DNA of 64,000 bases from Hadesarchaea archaeon (GTDB taxonomy: Archaea > Hadarchaeota > Hadarchaeia > Hadarchaeales > Hadarchaeaceae): NCBI GenBank assembly GCA_029259175.1, contig JAPDJH010000004.1:128001-192000 (forward strand). Reading direction: 5' to 3'. Shown piece after piece: positions 11,026 through 20,672 of the stretch. The first letter of the stretch is position 1; each line of letters opens with the position of its first letter. The notes under the pieces are model-generated. The model was not told the origin of the DNA and made no database searches. It worked only from the letters and a program-made list of their open reading frames with translations. Both the position numbers and the translations under genes were made by a program.

Positions 11026-12072
11026 ATGCGGGTCGTATTGGCCGAACGCATCAGGCGGGGAGAGCCATCAAAACTGAAGGAGCTGGAAGCGCTGGCTCGC
11101 ACAATGGGTTATGAGGTAGTAGGAAAACTCACTCAAGTTCGAGAGCCGGATCCGGCGTATCAGATTGGAGAGGGGAAAGCTCGGGAACTCCGGCGGCTGG
11201 TAAAGGCCGTAAAAGCTCAAAGAGTCATCTTTGCCAACGAACTCTCACCCTCCCAAGCGTATAATCTGGCCAAAATTGTAGGAAACGAAGTAATCGATCG
11301 CATCCAACTGATTTTAGAAATCTTCGCCATGCGTGCGGGATCACCGGAAGCCAAACTGCAAGTGGAATACGCTCGGCTTCGATACGAGCTGCCGCGAATC
11401 AGGGAAAGAATCAGATATGGGCTGTCCGTGGAGCAACCGGGATTGAAAGGTGGAGGAGAATACGAGGTGGACGTTCAATACGATGCCATTAAGCGCAGAC
11501 TGGCAACTTTGAGAAAAAAACTAGCATCGATCTCAGTGCGGAGAATGCAATTGCGAAAACACCGAAAGCGCAGAGGCTTTAAACTGGTGGCTCTCGCCGG
11601 GTATACCAATTCGGGAAAATCAACACTGTTGAACGCCCTAACAGCCGGGGGAGCAAAGGTTGACGACATGTACTTTACGACACTCACGCCGCGCACCAGA
11701 ATAGTGAAAAAATGTACGAAGATTCTGCTCACGGACACTGTGGGATTCATCGACAATCTGCCGCCATGGATGATCGAGGCATTCAAGGCAACACTGGAAG
11801 AAATTTACCTAGCGGATTTGGTTTTGGTGGTGCTCGATGGCTCTGAACCAATTCCGGAAATTCTGAGAAAGTACAAGGTGGTGTCTGAGGTATTGAAAGA
11901 ATATGGGGTGAAAACTGTGATAGTCTTGAACAAGCGAGATTTGATGAGCACTGCAGAGATCCGAGAAAAGCTCAAGTTGCTGAATGGCTTCTCAGCGCCG
12001 GTCATCGCGGTCTCCGCCCTTCGAGGGGACAATCTCGAATCGCTGATCGAGACCATCAGAGGATACGCATGA
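11026..12072 (+). CDS. hflX: GTPase HflX
   Basis: [26 protein letters not shown]. Confidence 0.95.
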   Translation: MRVVLAERIRRGEPSKLKELEALARTMGYEVVGKLTQVREPDPAYQIGEGKARELRRLVKAVKAQRVIFANELSPSQAYNLAKIVGNEVIDRIQLILEIFAMRAGSPEAKLQVEYARLRYELPRIRERIRYGLSVEQPGLKGGGEYEVDVQYDAIKRRLATLRKKLASISVRRMQLRKHRKRRGFKLVALAGYTNSGKSTLLNALTAGGAKVDDMYFTTLTPRTRIVKKCTKILLTDTVGFIDNLPPWMIEAFKATLEEIYLADLVLVVLDGSEPIPEILRKYKVVSEVLKEYGVKTVIVLNKRDLMSTAEIREKLKLLNGFSAPVIAVSALRGDNLESLIETIRGYA

Positions 12073-12593
12073 CGGAAGTCATCGTCTTACGGCTAGGTCA
12101 CAGGCCAGAGAGAGACAAACGTGTTACCACTCACGTGGGTTTGGTTGCACGTGCATTCGGGGCCAGAGGGATGATCATGACGCAGGATGACAAAAATGTG
12201 CGTGAGAGCTTAGATCGTGTATGCAAACAATGGGGAGGCGAATTCTTTGTTCAAACCGCTCACTCATGGAAAGAAACGATTGCCAAGTGGAAGGCAGATG
12301 GAGGGACGGTGGTGCATCTGACCATGTATGGTCTGCCGCTCGACGAAGTCATACCAAAGCTGCCTAGGAAGAAGCTAATGGTGGTTGTGGGGGCAGAAAA
12401 AGTCCCACCAGAAGTTTTCCAGTTAGCGGACTACAATGTGGCTATTGGAAACCAACCACATTCAGAAGTGGCTGCGTTGGCGATTTTCCTAGATCGTCTC
12501 TTCGAAGGGAAAGAACTTAAAAAGCAGTTCCCCGGTCGAAAAATTGAAATTGTTCCATCCGAAAGGGGAAAGCAGGTAATAATAAAGAGGTGA
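12069..12593 (+). CDS. trm56: tRNA (cytidine56-2'-O)-methyltransferase
   Basis: [35 protein letters not shown]. Confidence 0.93.
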   Translation: MTEVIVLRLGHRPERDKRVTTHVGLVARAFGARGMIMTQDDKNVRESLDRVCKQWGGEFFVQTAHSWKETIAKWKADGGTVVHLTMYGLPLDEVIPKLPRKKLMVVVGAEKVPPEVFQLADYNVAIGNQPHSEVAALAIFLDRLFEGKELKKQFPGRKIEIVPSERGKQVIIKR

Positions 12594-12640
12594 CCAGTGG
12601 ATTATTTGTAGTAGGAAGATATGGTTTGCGGGGATGCGGT

Positions 12641-13261
12641 ATGGCTAAGAAAATGAAAAAAGTCAAGAAGAAAACTAAGAAACCACGCAAGCCAACAAAA
12701 GCCAAAAAAGCCCCACGCGTGAAAAAGGAAGAAAAGCGTGAGTCCTCTCTTCAGAATCCCGTGCTCGTGGATGTTCTGCACCAAATTGCTGGTGATGCAG
12801 GACTCACGGTCTTGAAAGCGCTCGAAGGAAAGGAACTCACGGACGAAGATTTGGCCAAACGTACCGGGTTGCAAGTCAACTTGGTTAGAAGAATACTCTA
12901 TGACCTCTACGAGAACCAGGTGGTCAGCTACCGGAGAGAGCGGGACGAGGAAAGCGGGTGGTACATCTATTTCTGGAAGTTCAACCCGGATCGGGCTCTG
13001 GACTTCATCCGACACCACAGGGAAGAACTCCTCAGAAAGCTAGAAGAAAAGCTGGAGAGGGAGCGCAGTACAACATATTTCGTATGTGACAACAACTGCC
13101 AGAAGCTCTCTTATTCTGAAGCCCTAGAAAACGATTTCAAGTGTCCGGGGTGTGGAGAGAGCCTCAAGCCCTACGATAACTCGAAGTACATCGCTGCACT
13201 GGAGCACAAGGTGCAACAACTGAGAGAACAGCTACGCAGCGGGGCGAGCGGATTTGAATGA
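12641..13261 (+). CDS. tfe: Transcription factor E (TFE alpha)
   Basis: Winged helix (TDEDLA..VRRILYDL..GWYIYFW) plus Zn ribbon CDNNC/CPGC; start uncertain. Confidence 0.9.
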   Translation: MAKKMKKVKKKTKKPRKPTKAKKAPRVKKEEKRESSLQNPVLVDVLHQIAGDAGLTVLKALEGKELTDEDLAKRTGLQVNLVRRILYDLYENQVVSYRRERDEESGWYIYFWKFNPDRALDFIRHHREELLRKLEEKLERERSTTYFVCDNNCQKLSYSEALENDFKCPGCGESLKPYDNSKYIAALEHKVQQLREQLRSGASGFE

Positions 13262-13799
13262 GCAAGAGGCCATTAAGGTTTTACAAAAAGCTGGTTGCTC
13301 TCCCGAAGTGATCAAACATTGCAAAACTGTTTGTCGAATCGCTGAAGAGATCGCTCAGAAACTCTTGGCCAGAGGATATGGGGTGGATATCTCCAGAGTC
13401 CGTGTTGGAGCGATTCTGCACGATATCGGGCGCTCGAAGACCCATGGTGTCGAGCACGGTGTTGTCGGGGGAGCACTTCTGAGATCTATGGGTTTGGGTG
13501 AATGGGCCGGATTCGCTGAAAACCATGTGGGCGGGGGAATCCCCGCCGCAGAAGCAAAAGAGCTGGGGCTGCCGGAGCGAGATTATTTTCCACAAACACT
13601 CGAGGAACTGATTGTCGCGTACGCTGACAAGCTGACTGGGGGTAAAAAACGGATTCCCTTCGAGAAAACTGTAGAGGAATTCAAACAAAAACTCGGAGCA
13701 GATCATCCCGCCATCCAAAGATTGTGGGAACTCCATCGGCGAGTGCAAGAGATGCTCAAAAAATCATATAAGACGCCGGTGAAAAGGAAAAGGGGATAG
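13254..13799 (+). CDS. HD-domain phosphohydrolase (HDIG)
   Basis: HC, LHDIG, HG..G, YADKL; adjacent to tfe. Confidence 0.88.
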   Translation: MNEQEAIKVLQKAGCSPEVIKHCKTVCRIAEEIAQKLLARGYGVDISRVRVGAILHDIGRSKTHGVEHGVVGGALLRSMGLGEWAGFAENHVGGGIPAAEAKELGLPERDYFPQTLEELIVAYADKLTGGKKRIPFEKTVEEFKQKLGADHPAIQRLWELHRRVQEMLKKSYKTPVKRKRG

Positions 13800-13801
13800 G
13801 G

Positions 13802-14569
13802 ATGCTGGATGCATTGATTGCACTGGTTTTCTTTCTGGTGCTTGTGCTGGCCAGCTCGATCAAGATAGTGAGAGAGTACGAGCGAGCTGTAAAGTTCAGA
13901 CTGGGACGCTTTGTGGGAGTGCGGGGGCCGGGAATATTCTTTGTGATACCGGGGCTCGAGAAGTTCATCAAAGTGGACCTCCGGACGGTAACGCTGGACG
14001 TGCCCAAGCAGAGGATAGTGACCAAAGACAATGTGACCGTTGATGTAGATGCTGTCGTTTACCTGCGGGTGGTTGATCCGGGAAGCGCGATTTTAAAAGT
14101 AGAGAACTATCTGCTGGCGACAAGCTTGCTGGCACAAACAACGCTTCGAGATGTCCTAGGACAGTCCGAGTTGGATGAACTGCTGAGCAAGCGAGATGAG
14201 ATCAACAAGCGTCTCCAATCGCTCATCGATGAGGCAACAGATCCTTGGGGGATAAAGGTGAGCGCCGTGACGATTCGGGATGTGGCCTTGCCGACGGAGA
14301 TGTTGAGGGCTATCGCAAAGCAGGCGGAGGCGGAGAGAGAGCGGAGATCACGGATAATAATGGCAGAAGGAGAGTTCGAAGCCGCAAAACGGATGGCGGA
14401 GGCGGCACAACAATATGAACGAGTACCGGCTGCGCTGAAATTGAGAGAGCTCCAGACGCTGGTTGAAATCGCTAGAGAAAAAAATCTGGTGGTCGTCGCG
14501 CCAGCACAGCTCGGTGAAACCATAGGACTGATCTCGGCCATCGACAAAAAGAAGAAGGAGAAAGACTAG
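13802..14569 (+). CDS. SPFH/stomatin (slipin) family protein
   Basis: EYERAVKFRLGR, TKDNV, QAEAERERR, LKLRELQTL. Confidence 0.93.
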   Translation: MLDALIALVFFLVLVLASSIKIVREYERAVKFRLGRFVGVRGPGIFFVIPGLEKFIKVDLRTVTLDVPKQRIVTKDNVTVDVDAVVYLRVVDPGSAILKVENYLLATSLLAQTTLRDVLGQSELDELLSKRDEINKRLQSLIDEATDPWGIKVSAVTIRDVALPTEMLRAIAKQAEAERERRSRIIMAEGEFEAAKRMAEAAQQYERVPAALKLRELQTLVEIAREKNLVVVAPAQLGETIGLISAIDKKKKEKD

Positions 14570-15807
14570 ACGATTTTCTTTCTGCGGCGCACCACCAGAG
14601 TATTGCCGCGCACATCTATGACCACGACGTCCTCTCCTTTGCGAATGGGCTTCTTTGTTTTTGTCTCCGCACTCCAAAGTTCACCTTTGAGCTTTACCAA
14701 ACCTCGCGGACGCAGATCCGAGACCGCGACAGCGAATTGACCGATGAGTTCCTCCCTCCCTACTGTAGGTCGTTTCTGGAGAGCCCTGCGGGCCTGAACC
14801 AACACAAAAGTGAGAAAGACCGTTAGGCCCAAGAGCAGGCCCAGAATCACGTTTCCCACAACTTGAATCCATGGTTCTTTTCCAACCATCAACAATCCCA
14901 GAACGAGAGCAACTATTCCTCCGCCCCCAAAAATTCCGAAGCCAGGGGTGAGTATTTCGTAGGCGAGCATTAAAAGCCCGATGCCGAGCAGTGCTAAGCC
15001 CGCATAATCTAGAGAGAGCAGGCCCAGGCCCCAGAAGGAAAGAATCAAACAAATTGCGCCGAGGATTCCAGGAATCCCTATTCCAGGGGTGGTTATTTCG
15101 GCCAGCACTCCAAAAAATCCAAAGAGGAACAGAAGCATTACCACATCAGGATTGCTCAGCACTTGAAGAAATCGTTGAGCCCAAGACATCTCGAGTTCTA
15201 TTATTTCTGGGTGGATTATGCCAAGAGAGCTGAGGATGTTGTCAAGGCTCGAGGACACCTGGTCGATCACGTTCTCGGCAAGAGCGTTTTCGGGTCCCAA
15301 CGTGAGGTTCTGAGTTACGAATCGTTCCGCTACAGAAGCCGATCGACCGCGCACGCTAGCGATCTGTTTGATCCACTCGGCCATGGCCAGAGTGGTCTTC
15401 TCGTCTTTGGGACGGGGCTGAGCGGCTCCAATGGAGGTTCCCTCATCCATCACTGCATGGGTGGAGGCCAACAAGATGTAGGTCCCGGCCGAAAACGCCC
15501 ATGACCCCTGAGGGGTCACCCATACGACTATTCCGTGGTCCTCCTCCAGCATCCGGTTCACTATCCGTTTGGTCGCCGAGAGTAGGCCCCCCGGAGTGTC
15601 GAGCTTGATCAAAAGCCAAGCGTTCTCATTGCTGGCACGGTCTATGGCGCTTACCACATAATCGGCTGTTCCCGCTCCAATTGTGTCCTCAACGGTAATC
15701 ACGTACACCTTGGTGCTTTGAGAGGTGGTGCACCCGGGGGTGGCTAATGCTAGGAACAGTATCAATACGCTCAGCGCCAGTACTCTGCGGGTCCGGAAAC
15801 GAGACAT
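14566..15807 (-). CDS. nfeD: NfeD family membrane protease
   Basis: LDTPGG, AFSAG ClpP-like domain, transmembrane region, C-terminal OB fold (GELWSA). Confidence 0.9.
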   Translation of the reverse strand: MSRFRTRRVLALSVLILFLALATPGCTTSQSTKVYVITVEDTIGAGTADYVVSAIDRASNENAWLLIKLDTPGGLLSATKRIVNRMLEEDHGIVVWVTPQGSWAFSAGTYILLASTHAVMDEGTSIGAAQPRPKDEKTTLAMAEWIKQIASVRGRSASVAERFVTQNLTLGPENALAENVIDQVSSSLDNILSSLGIIHPEIIELEMSWAQRFLQVLSNPDVVMLLFLFGFFGVLAEITTPGIGIPGILGAICLILSFWGLGLLSLDYAGLALLGIGLLMLAYEILTPGFGIFGGGGIVALVLGLLMVGKEPWIQVVGNVILGLLLGLTVFLTFVLVQARRALQKRPTVGREELIGQFAVAVSDLRPRGLVKLKGELWSAETKTKKPIRKGEDVVVIDVRGNTLVVRRRKKIV

Positions 15808-16049
15808 CTTTCCCGCATCACAATTAGAAGAGCAGATTTATTCGGGTTTTGAAAAAAGGGCCCCGTTGGAATTCGAGCTCTCCCGCGGAACCAGGCCCGG
15901 TTGGAGGTCATCCAACTGCACATATTTGTAAATTTTTGTGCGGTATGTTGGATAGAATGAACAACTCCTTCGCGCCGCAGAGATGAGTTGCACCTCACGA
16001 GTGGCGGCTCTAAAGCCTGCTCTCGGCAGAAATCAGTTCCTGAGAAAGG

Positions 16050-16124
16050 TGGGCCCGCTGGGATTTGAACCCAGGACCTCCCGGTTATCAGCCGAGCGCT
16101 CTAACCTGGCTAAGCTACGGGCCC
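16050..16124 (-). tRNA. tRNA-Ile(GAT)
   Basis: CTCGG-CTGATAA-CCGGG anticodon arm; GGTTCAAATCC T-loop. Confidence 0.95.
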
Positions 16125-16158
16125 ACTCACAATTGGTTCTATCACCCACTACATAAAC

Positions 16159-16896
16159 CTATTTCGCAGTGATCTCGTAACGTGGGGAAAGTTTCAAACG
16201 AACGACTCGATGACTCGCTCGAGGATTCACAGTTTTTATGATGCGGGCCATGTGCTCCACATACCGACTGATCCGGGTCTCGATTTGGATCACGTTTGGG
16301 AAATGGCTTATGACCCACTTGCGCAGCTGTTCCGAAACCAAGGAGAGATTCATGGTCGAAACACCGATGGCTCCCTGACCGTGAAACCAAGCGAGAAGCG
16401 GATCGAGCATATCCATGATTTTCCTGTCGGGCCATCGGGAGGCGAGATCGCTTATGGAAGTCAGGCGCCAGAACAAGGGTTTTCGAGAAATTCGAAGCTT
16501 TTCAAGGGCGTTCACGACATTCCAATACAGCTGAGATGGATACACCGAGGGACTGAAGTAAAGTTCCCAGCTCGTCCGCGGGCGGTAAGGAGGGTTGGTA
16601 AAAAAGTTCGCCACAACCAGCCGGTTCTCGATCGCCGCTTTGCGCAGGGCTTCGGCTGTCTTTGGAATGGTTCTGTCATAGCTCTGCATTGAGATGTTCC
16701 AGGAATGCCTGGTAGTGCCGATAAAAGCGGGAAACTTCTTTCCCACAAAAGTGAAGGAAAGCACGCAAGCAACAGAGACGGCAACGCCTTCGGCTTCCTC
16801 ATCGGCCAAGATAAGCCACGGATACCCGGGCTGAAATCCACCGCCTATGAATCGGTCGAAGCTCTTGTGGCCAGAGGAGATTGCCTTCGAGCCCAA
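16159..16896 (-). CDS. RecA/RAD55/KaiC-like protein with degenerate Walker A
   Basis: ISSGHKSFDRFIGGGFQPG N-terminus typical of the family, but no GxxGxGKT. Confidence 0.55.
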   Translation of the reverse strand: MGSKAISSGHKSFDRFIGGGFQPGYPWLILADEEAEGVAVSVACVLSFTFVGKKFPAFIGTTRHSWNISMQSYDRTIPKTAEALRKAAIENRLVVANFFTNPPYRPRTSWELYFSPSVYPSQLYWNVVNALEKLRISRKPLFWRLTSISDLASRWPDRKIMDMLDPLLAWFHGQGAIGVSTMNLSLVSEQLRKWVISHFPNVIQIETRISRYVEHMARIIKTVNPRASHRVVRLKLSPRYEITAK

Positions 16897-16927
16897 GTGC
16901 CTCCCAATTCTTATTGTGATTCTGTTA

Positions 16928-18478
16928 TTATTTCAATTTAGCTAAGTCAAAACTCTGGCCGTTGCGGGGTAACAATACCTTTGTCCCGCGTACTTCTTTG
17001 GTGAAGAATTCTGGATTCTCGGTGTGAATCGGGATCAATACGCGCGGTGCGATCGTCTCAATGACTTGGAGAAGTTCCGGACCTGAAGCGTGGCCCGAGG
17101 CATGATATCCAGGCTGGAAAAACGGCTTGAGATCACCATTCACCTGTCTGATTTCGAAACCAATCACTCTAAAATTGAAAAGCTTGAGCCATTCCCACAG
17201 ACGGAGAAAGTCGAACTCGGCTTCTTCGGTAAAGGCTTCAGAACTAGAATAAACATAGGTGCCGCTCTTGGGCTTGATATCTAACAAATTCTTCATATCC
17301 CAAAAGCTAAAGCTCAGAATATAGGCGTCCGGATTTTTTGCCACATCTACGGGATCCACTATCCGATCTTCGAATTTTTGTAAAATGTTTCGCTCCCATG
17401 TGTTCTTGGTCTCTTTCAGCTCCTGGTAAATCAAGACATCTCGAGTTCGGTCAACGCCGTCAACCGATTTCACGGCCTCGAGCAGGTACGCGTCGCGGGT
17501 GGTTATGACCAAAGAGCGTCCGCTTTCAGCCGCGATTTTTCTAAAGGTCTCGAGACGTTCGATGTGCCGGGGTTGAAAATCAGCGATAACCAGATTTTTT
17601 TCTTTTTCAACGGCTTCGAGAGAATTGTGAAGCACCTCCTCCTCGGATTCCTCTCCCGCTCGCTCCCTGCTGGCTCTAGTCCCTTCTATAAGTAACGCCG
17701 CTACATCCAGACTCGATGCTTCACGAACGAATCGTTTAGTTTCTGCCTGCCGTTTCCCATGGGAGCGAAAATCGCCAGTGTAAATGACCCATCCATCCTC
17801 TGTCTCAAAGCCAAAAGCCGCCGCCCCATAGATGGAGTGATCCACCTCCCAGCATTTGAACGGAATGGGGACGTGAGCGGCAGTCCGCAACGGTTTGGTC
17901 AATAGCTCACGTGCCCCCGCTGGTTTTTCCCAGAATTGTTCAAGCTTTGCTGACGGTCGGGCGGTGAGCAGGAACTCCCTCCCTTGAGCGGGCATCGATT
18001 TCCAATGGCAGCTCTTGAAAACGCGGCCATCTTCTTGAAGCCGTTCGCGCAAAACCGCGTACACGATCTGATTGGGAAGCTCGGTTCGACCCGAGTCCTG
18101 AATGGCCTTCAGGATTGCTGCCGTATAGGGTGTGCAAACGACGGGGATCTCCAACTCCAGTAATCCGATGCACCCGGCATGGTCCATGTGGGCGTGAGAA
18201 AGAAACACCGCGTCCACCCGGCATTCGCCTAGCCGCCCAAGATCTAGGTCCAAAGGAATAACATCGTTGCGATAAATCCTGAGAGGGGGAACAAGGCCCA
18301 GCTCTAGAAAATCGTGGATGCCGCGGCCCGATCGTGGACGCAAGTATTCGTCGAAAAACAAGCCCATGCGTTTGTAATTGGTGCCGAAATCAACAAACAC
18401 TGCTCCGTGTTCGTCTTCAAGGTACACTTTGTTTCCGCCAATACTTTCCGCACCGTCGAATATGGTCAGTTTGCTCAA
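16928..18478 (-). CDS. Metallo-beta-lactamase/beta-CASP hydrolase (RNase J-like)
   Basis: IGGNK, SHAHMDH, VDHS, YTGDFR, HASGHA, PIHTE; likely TTG start after GGAGATGAG. Confidence 0.85.
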   Translation of the reverse strand: MSKLTIFDGAESIGGNKVYLEDEHGAVFVDFGTNYKRMGLFFDEYLRPRSGRGIHDFLELGLVPPLRIYRNDVIPLDLDLGRLGECRVDAVFLSHAHMDHAGCIGLLELEIPVVCTPYTAAILKAIQDSGRTELPNQIVYAVLRERLQEDGRVFKSCHWKSMPAQGREFLLTARPSAKLEQFWEKPAGARELLTKPLRTAAHVPIPFKCWEVDHSIYGAAAFGFETEDGWVIYTGDFRSHGKRQAETKRFVREASSLDVAALLIEGTRASRERAGEESEEEVLHNSLEAVEKEKNLVIADFQPRHIERLETFRKIAAESGRSLVITTRDAYLLEAVKSVDGVDRTRDVLIYQELKETKNTWERNILQKFEDRIVDPVDVAKNPDAYILSFSFWDMKNLLDIKPKSGTYVYSSSEAFTEEAEFDFLRLWEWLKLFNFRVIGFEIRQVNGDLKPFFQPGYHASGHASGPELLQVIETIAPRVLIPIHTENPEFFTKEVRGTKVLLPRNGQSFDLAKLK

Positions 18479-18526
18479 CTCATCTCCCAAATCGAATACG
18501 GTGTTCGAGAAAATAAGGCTGAAAAA

Positions 18527-18600
18527 CGGGCCCGCGGGGATTTGAACCCCGGCCACAAGCTCCGCAGGCTTGCGTCCTATCCAGGCTAGACTACGGGCCC
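18527..18600 (-). tRNA. tRNA-Arg(GCG)
   Basis: CAAGC-CTGCGGA-GCTTG anticodon arm; complete cloverleaf. Confidence 0.93.
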
Positions 18601-18624
18601 TGTAATTACTTCAAAAAAGAGAGG

Positions 18625-18969
18625 TTATAACGGAGTCGGGTTTCGCACCATCCGGACCAAGTTGCGAGCGCGTCCAGTTCTCCTAAAGCCGTTTCGCTCA
18701 TACCAAGGAACGCGGTCTTCAAAGACATCCGCGACGACTGGCAGATCATGGTCTTCAATTATCCGGTGAAGCAATTCGCTCCCAATTCCCTGTCCTCGAT
18801 AAGCCGATGCTATGTTGATGTCTTGAAGATACACATGGTCTGGTCCGATCCTGACTACCGCACTTCCCACGATGGAGCACTCGTACACGTCCCAGCACTC
18901 GTATTTGCAACCAGTAGGGGTTGTGAGCTTGTCGATCCGCATAGTATCCGAACAATTCAGGACAACCAT
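18625..18969 (-). CDS. GNAT family N-acetyltransferase
   Basis: YRGQGIGSELL acetyl-CoA motif; WYERNGF. Confidence 0.8.
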   Translation of the reverse strand: MVVLNCSDTMRIDKLTTPTGCKYECWDVYECSIVGSAVVRIGPDHVYLQDINIASAYRGQGIGSELLHRIIEDHDLPVVADVFEDRVPWYERNGFRRTGRARNLVRMVRNPTPL

Positions 18970-20605
18970 ATAAAGGGTTTTTGGATAGAATCAGTAGTAG
19001 GTGCGGCCGTGGTCTAGTCTGGTCTAGGACTTGGGCCCTCCAAGCCCACGACGCGGGTTCGAATCCCGCCGGCCGCACCTTTCTGGAGGAGAATGCAACC
19101 TTTGCTTTTCTTAACAATTCAAGCAAGTCTCTGACTATTGCCTTCTTCAAGACATGGAAGATGGCACCAACTTTAAAGTATCCGAGGTCGTCCATCGCCG
19201 TGTTCTTTTCTGTGAGTTCCGAAAGAATCTCTTCGGGGCTGAGGTTGAATCTGCGACACAAGTCGAGTATAGTTTTCTTCACGAACTCGCTTTCCGAAAC
19301 GGCCTTCGGCAAAATGCTAAATCCGCTACGTGCGTACTCGTTTCGTAGGTACTCCACGCCCAACGATCTGATATCGTTATATGTGCTTACCTTGTGTCCC
19401 ATCATATATTCGATATGGTCGATTGGAACTCCTCGAGCAGTTAACTGAGTCCGGAAAAACTTACGAAGAGAGTAAAGGCTCCATCTATACCTATTGTTAA
19501 AGCGTTTGTCAGTCATGCCCGCCAAGCGCCTAAGCTTTGCGAACTCCTTTGCCAATGTCTTCTCGCTTACGGGCTTCGGTTTTGGCGAGCGCGAATCTCG
19601 TATAAGCGGTGAATCATCGGTGATTTCTTCGGGAGGAATTTTTCCATCCGGACTTCCCCTCCGACGCATGTCCAGGTATAGTTTTAGATACCGGGCGGTC
19701 ACTTCGTCCACGAATGTGTCATATGAAGCGTACTTTCCCTTCGTGATTTCCTTTTCAATAAATATGTGAAGTGGTGTGATGTTTCGCTCCAGATCCTCCC
19801 GTACGTGATAATATTTCAACCGGCACACTGTGTACGGCCTGATTCCTCCGCCTCCGACGAACCCGATGATCACTTTCCCGCGCAGGTCAGCCACTTCCAT
19901 CAGTCTTTCAACCTGTTCTATAGTGGGCGCGTCGGCTCCGCTTCCATACTCCACACCTCGAATTTTGGGAAGGCTGAGGCTGATATCGTTAACACGGTAA
20001 AGAGCCAGGATGGCCTTGCGATAGTTGTCTATCCTGCCGGTGGACAGACCTGCATCTTGAAGTTCCTCCAAAAAACGTATTATTCCATCCCGGTGGGTAG
20101 AAATCCTTGTAGAATCACGTGTAATATCGTTTATCAGCTCGTCAGGTTCATAGCGGGCCCATTGGGAGAACCGATGAATACAATCCACATATAAGTACAA
20201 TGTCTTGGGGCTCTGAATTTGTCTTCGTAAATAGTAATCACTCAATCGTATCAAGCTCTTGTTCCTTAGCACAAACGGTATCAGGCGGCCTCGGTTTTTT
20301 GCTAGGCTTAAAATATACTTGGCGAGCTTAAGCGATCCCAATTTTGATAAATCGCTCAGAGGAATCTCCACCGGATTCTTCAGCTTCTTTCCGTCGAGTG
20401 TTTCTTTCAAGATAAAGAAGTCGTCTTGTAGCTTTCCATGTGCTAATATGGGGGCCAGCTCGTCTTCGCTTAGCGGTTGCTTTTCAGGAAAAGTTAGCTT
20501 TTCCGGAAAAGTTACCCTAGAAGTGCCCCGCGCCTCGTGGTTTTCATCCATTTGGATTTGCTTTCTGTTCCTCATGTTCTCCATATAGATATATGTTCTC
20601 CTCAA
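18755..20605 (-). CDS. int: Tyrosine integrase; integrated form reads through attL
   Basis: GIRPYT (R), TKGK (K), YSLRKFF, YMMGH, STYN (Y); exact start uncertain. Confidence 0.9.
   Translation of the reverse strand: MRRTYIYMENMRNRKQIQMDENHEARGTSRVTFPEKLTFPEKQPLSEDELAPILAHGKLQDDFFILKETLDGKKLKNPVEIPLSDLSKLGSLKLAKYILSLAKNRGRLIPFVLRNKSLIRLSDYYLRRQIQSPKTLYLYVDCIHRFSQWARYEPDELINDITRDSTRISTHRDGIIRFLEELQDAGLSTGRIDNYRKAILALYRVNDISLSLPKIRGVEYGSGADAPTIEQVERLMEVADLRGKVIIGFVGGGGIRPYTVCRLKYYHVREDLERNITPLHIFIEKEITKGKYASYDTFVDEVTARYLKLYLDMRRRGSPDGKIPPEEITDDSPLIRDSRSPKPKPVSEKTLAKEFAKLRRLAGMTDKRFNNRYRWSLYSLRKFFRTQLTARGVPIDHIEYMMGHKVSTYNDIRSLGVEYLRNEYARSGFSILPKAVSESEFVKKTILDLCRRFNLSPEEILSELTEKNTAMDDLGYFKVGAIFHVLKKAIVRDLLELLRKAKVAFSSRKVRPAGFEPASWAWRAQVLDQTRPRPHLLLILSKNPLYGCPELFGYYADRQAHNPYWLQIRVLGRVRVLHRGKCGSQDRTRPCVSSRHQHSIGLSRTGNWERIASPDN
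19003..19077 (+). tRNA. tRNA-Gly(TCC), integration target
   Basis: GCGGCCG...TGGGC-CCTCCAA-GCCCA...GGTTCGAATCC...CGGCCGCA. Confidence 0.9.
19064..19077 (+). repeat. attL core
   Basis: TCCCGCCGGCCGCA, the last 14 nt of tRNA-Gly. Confidence 0.85.
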
Positions 20606-20672
20606 TATAAAAAGCTTTCCCTATTTGGAGAACACATAGTTATATAAAACGCCAGAACGTGATTTAAACGAC

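Noticed and set aside
18479-18556. N-terminal extension of the MBL hydrolase in the ORF track
   Set aside because: Runs into tRNA-Arg; the true start is more likely the TTG at 18478. The track extensions of bpsA, nadA, cofE and iscU were trimmed for similar overlaps
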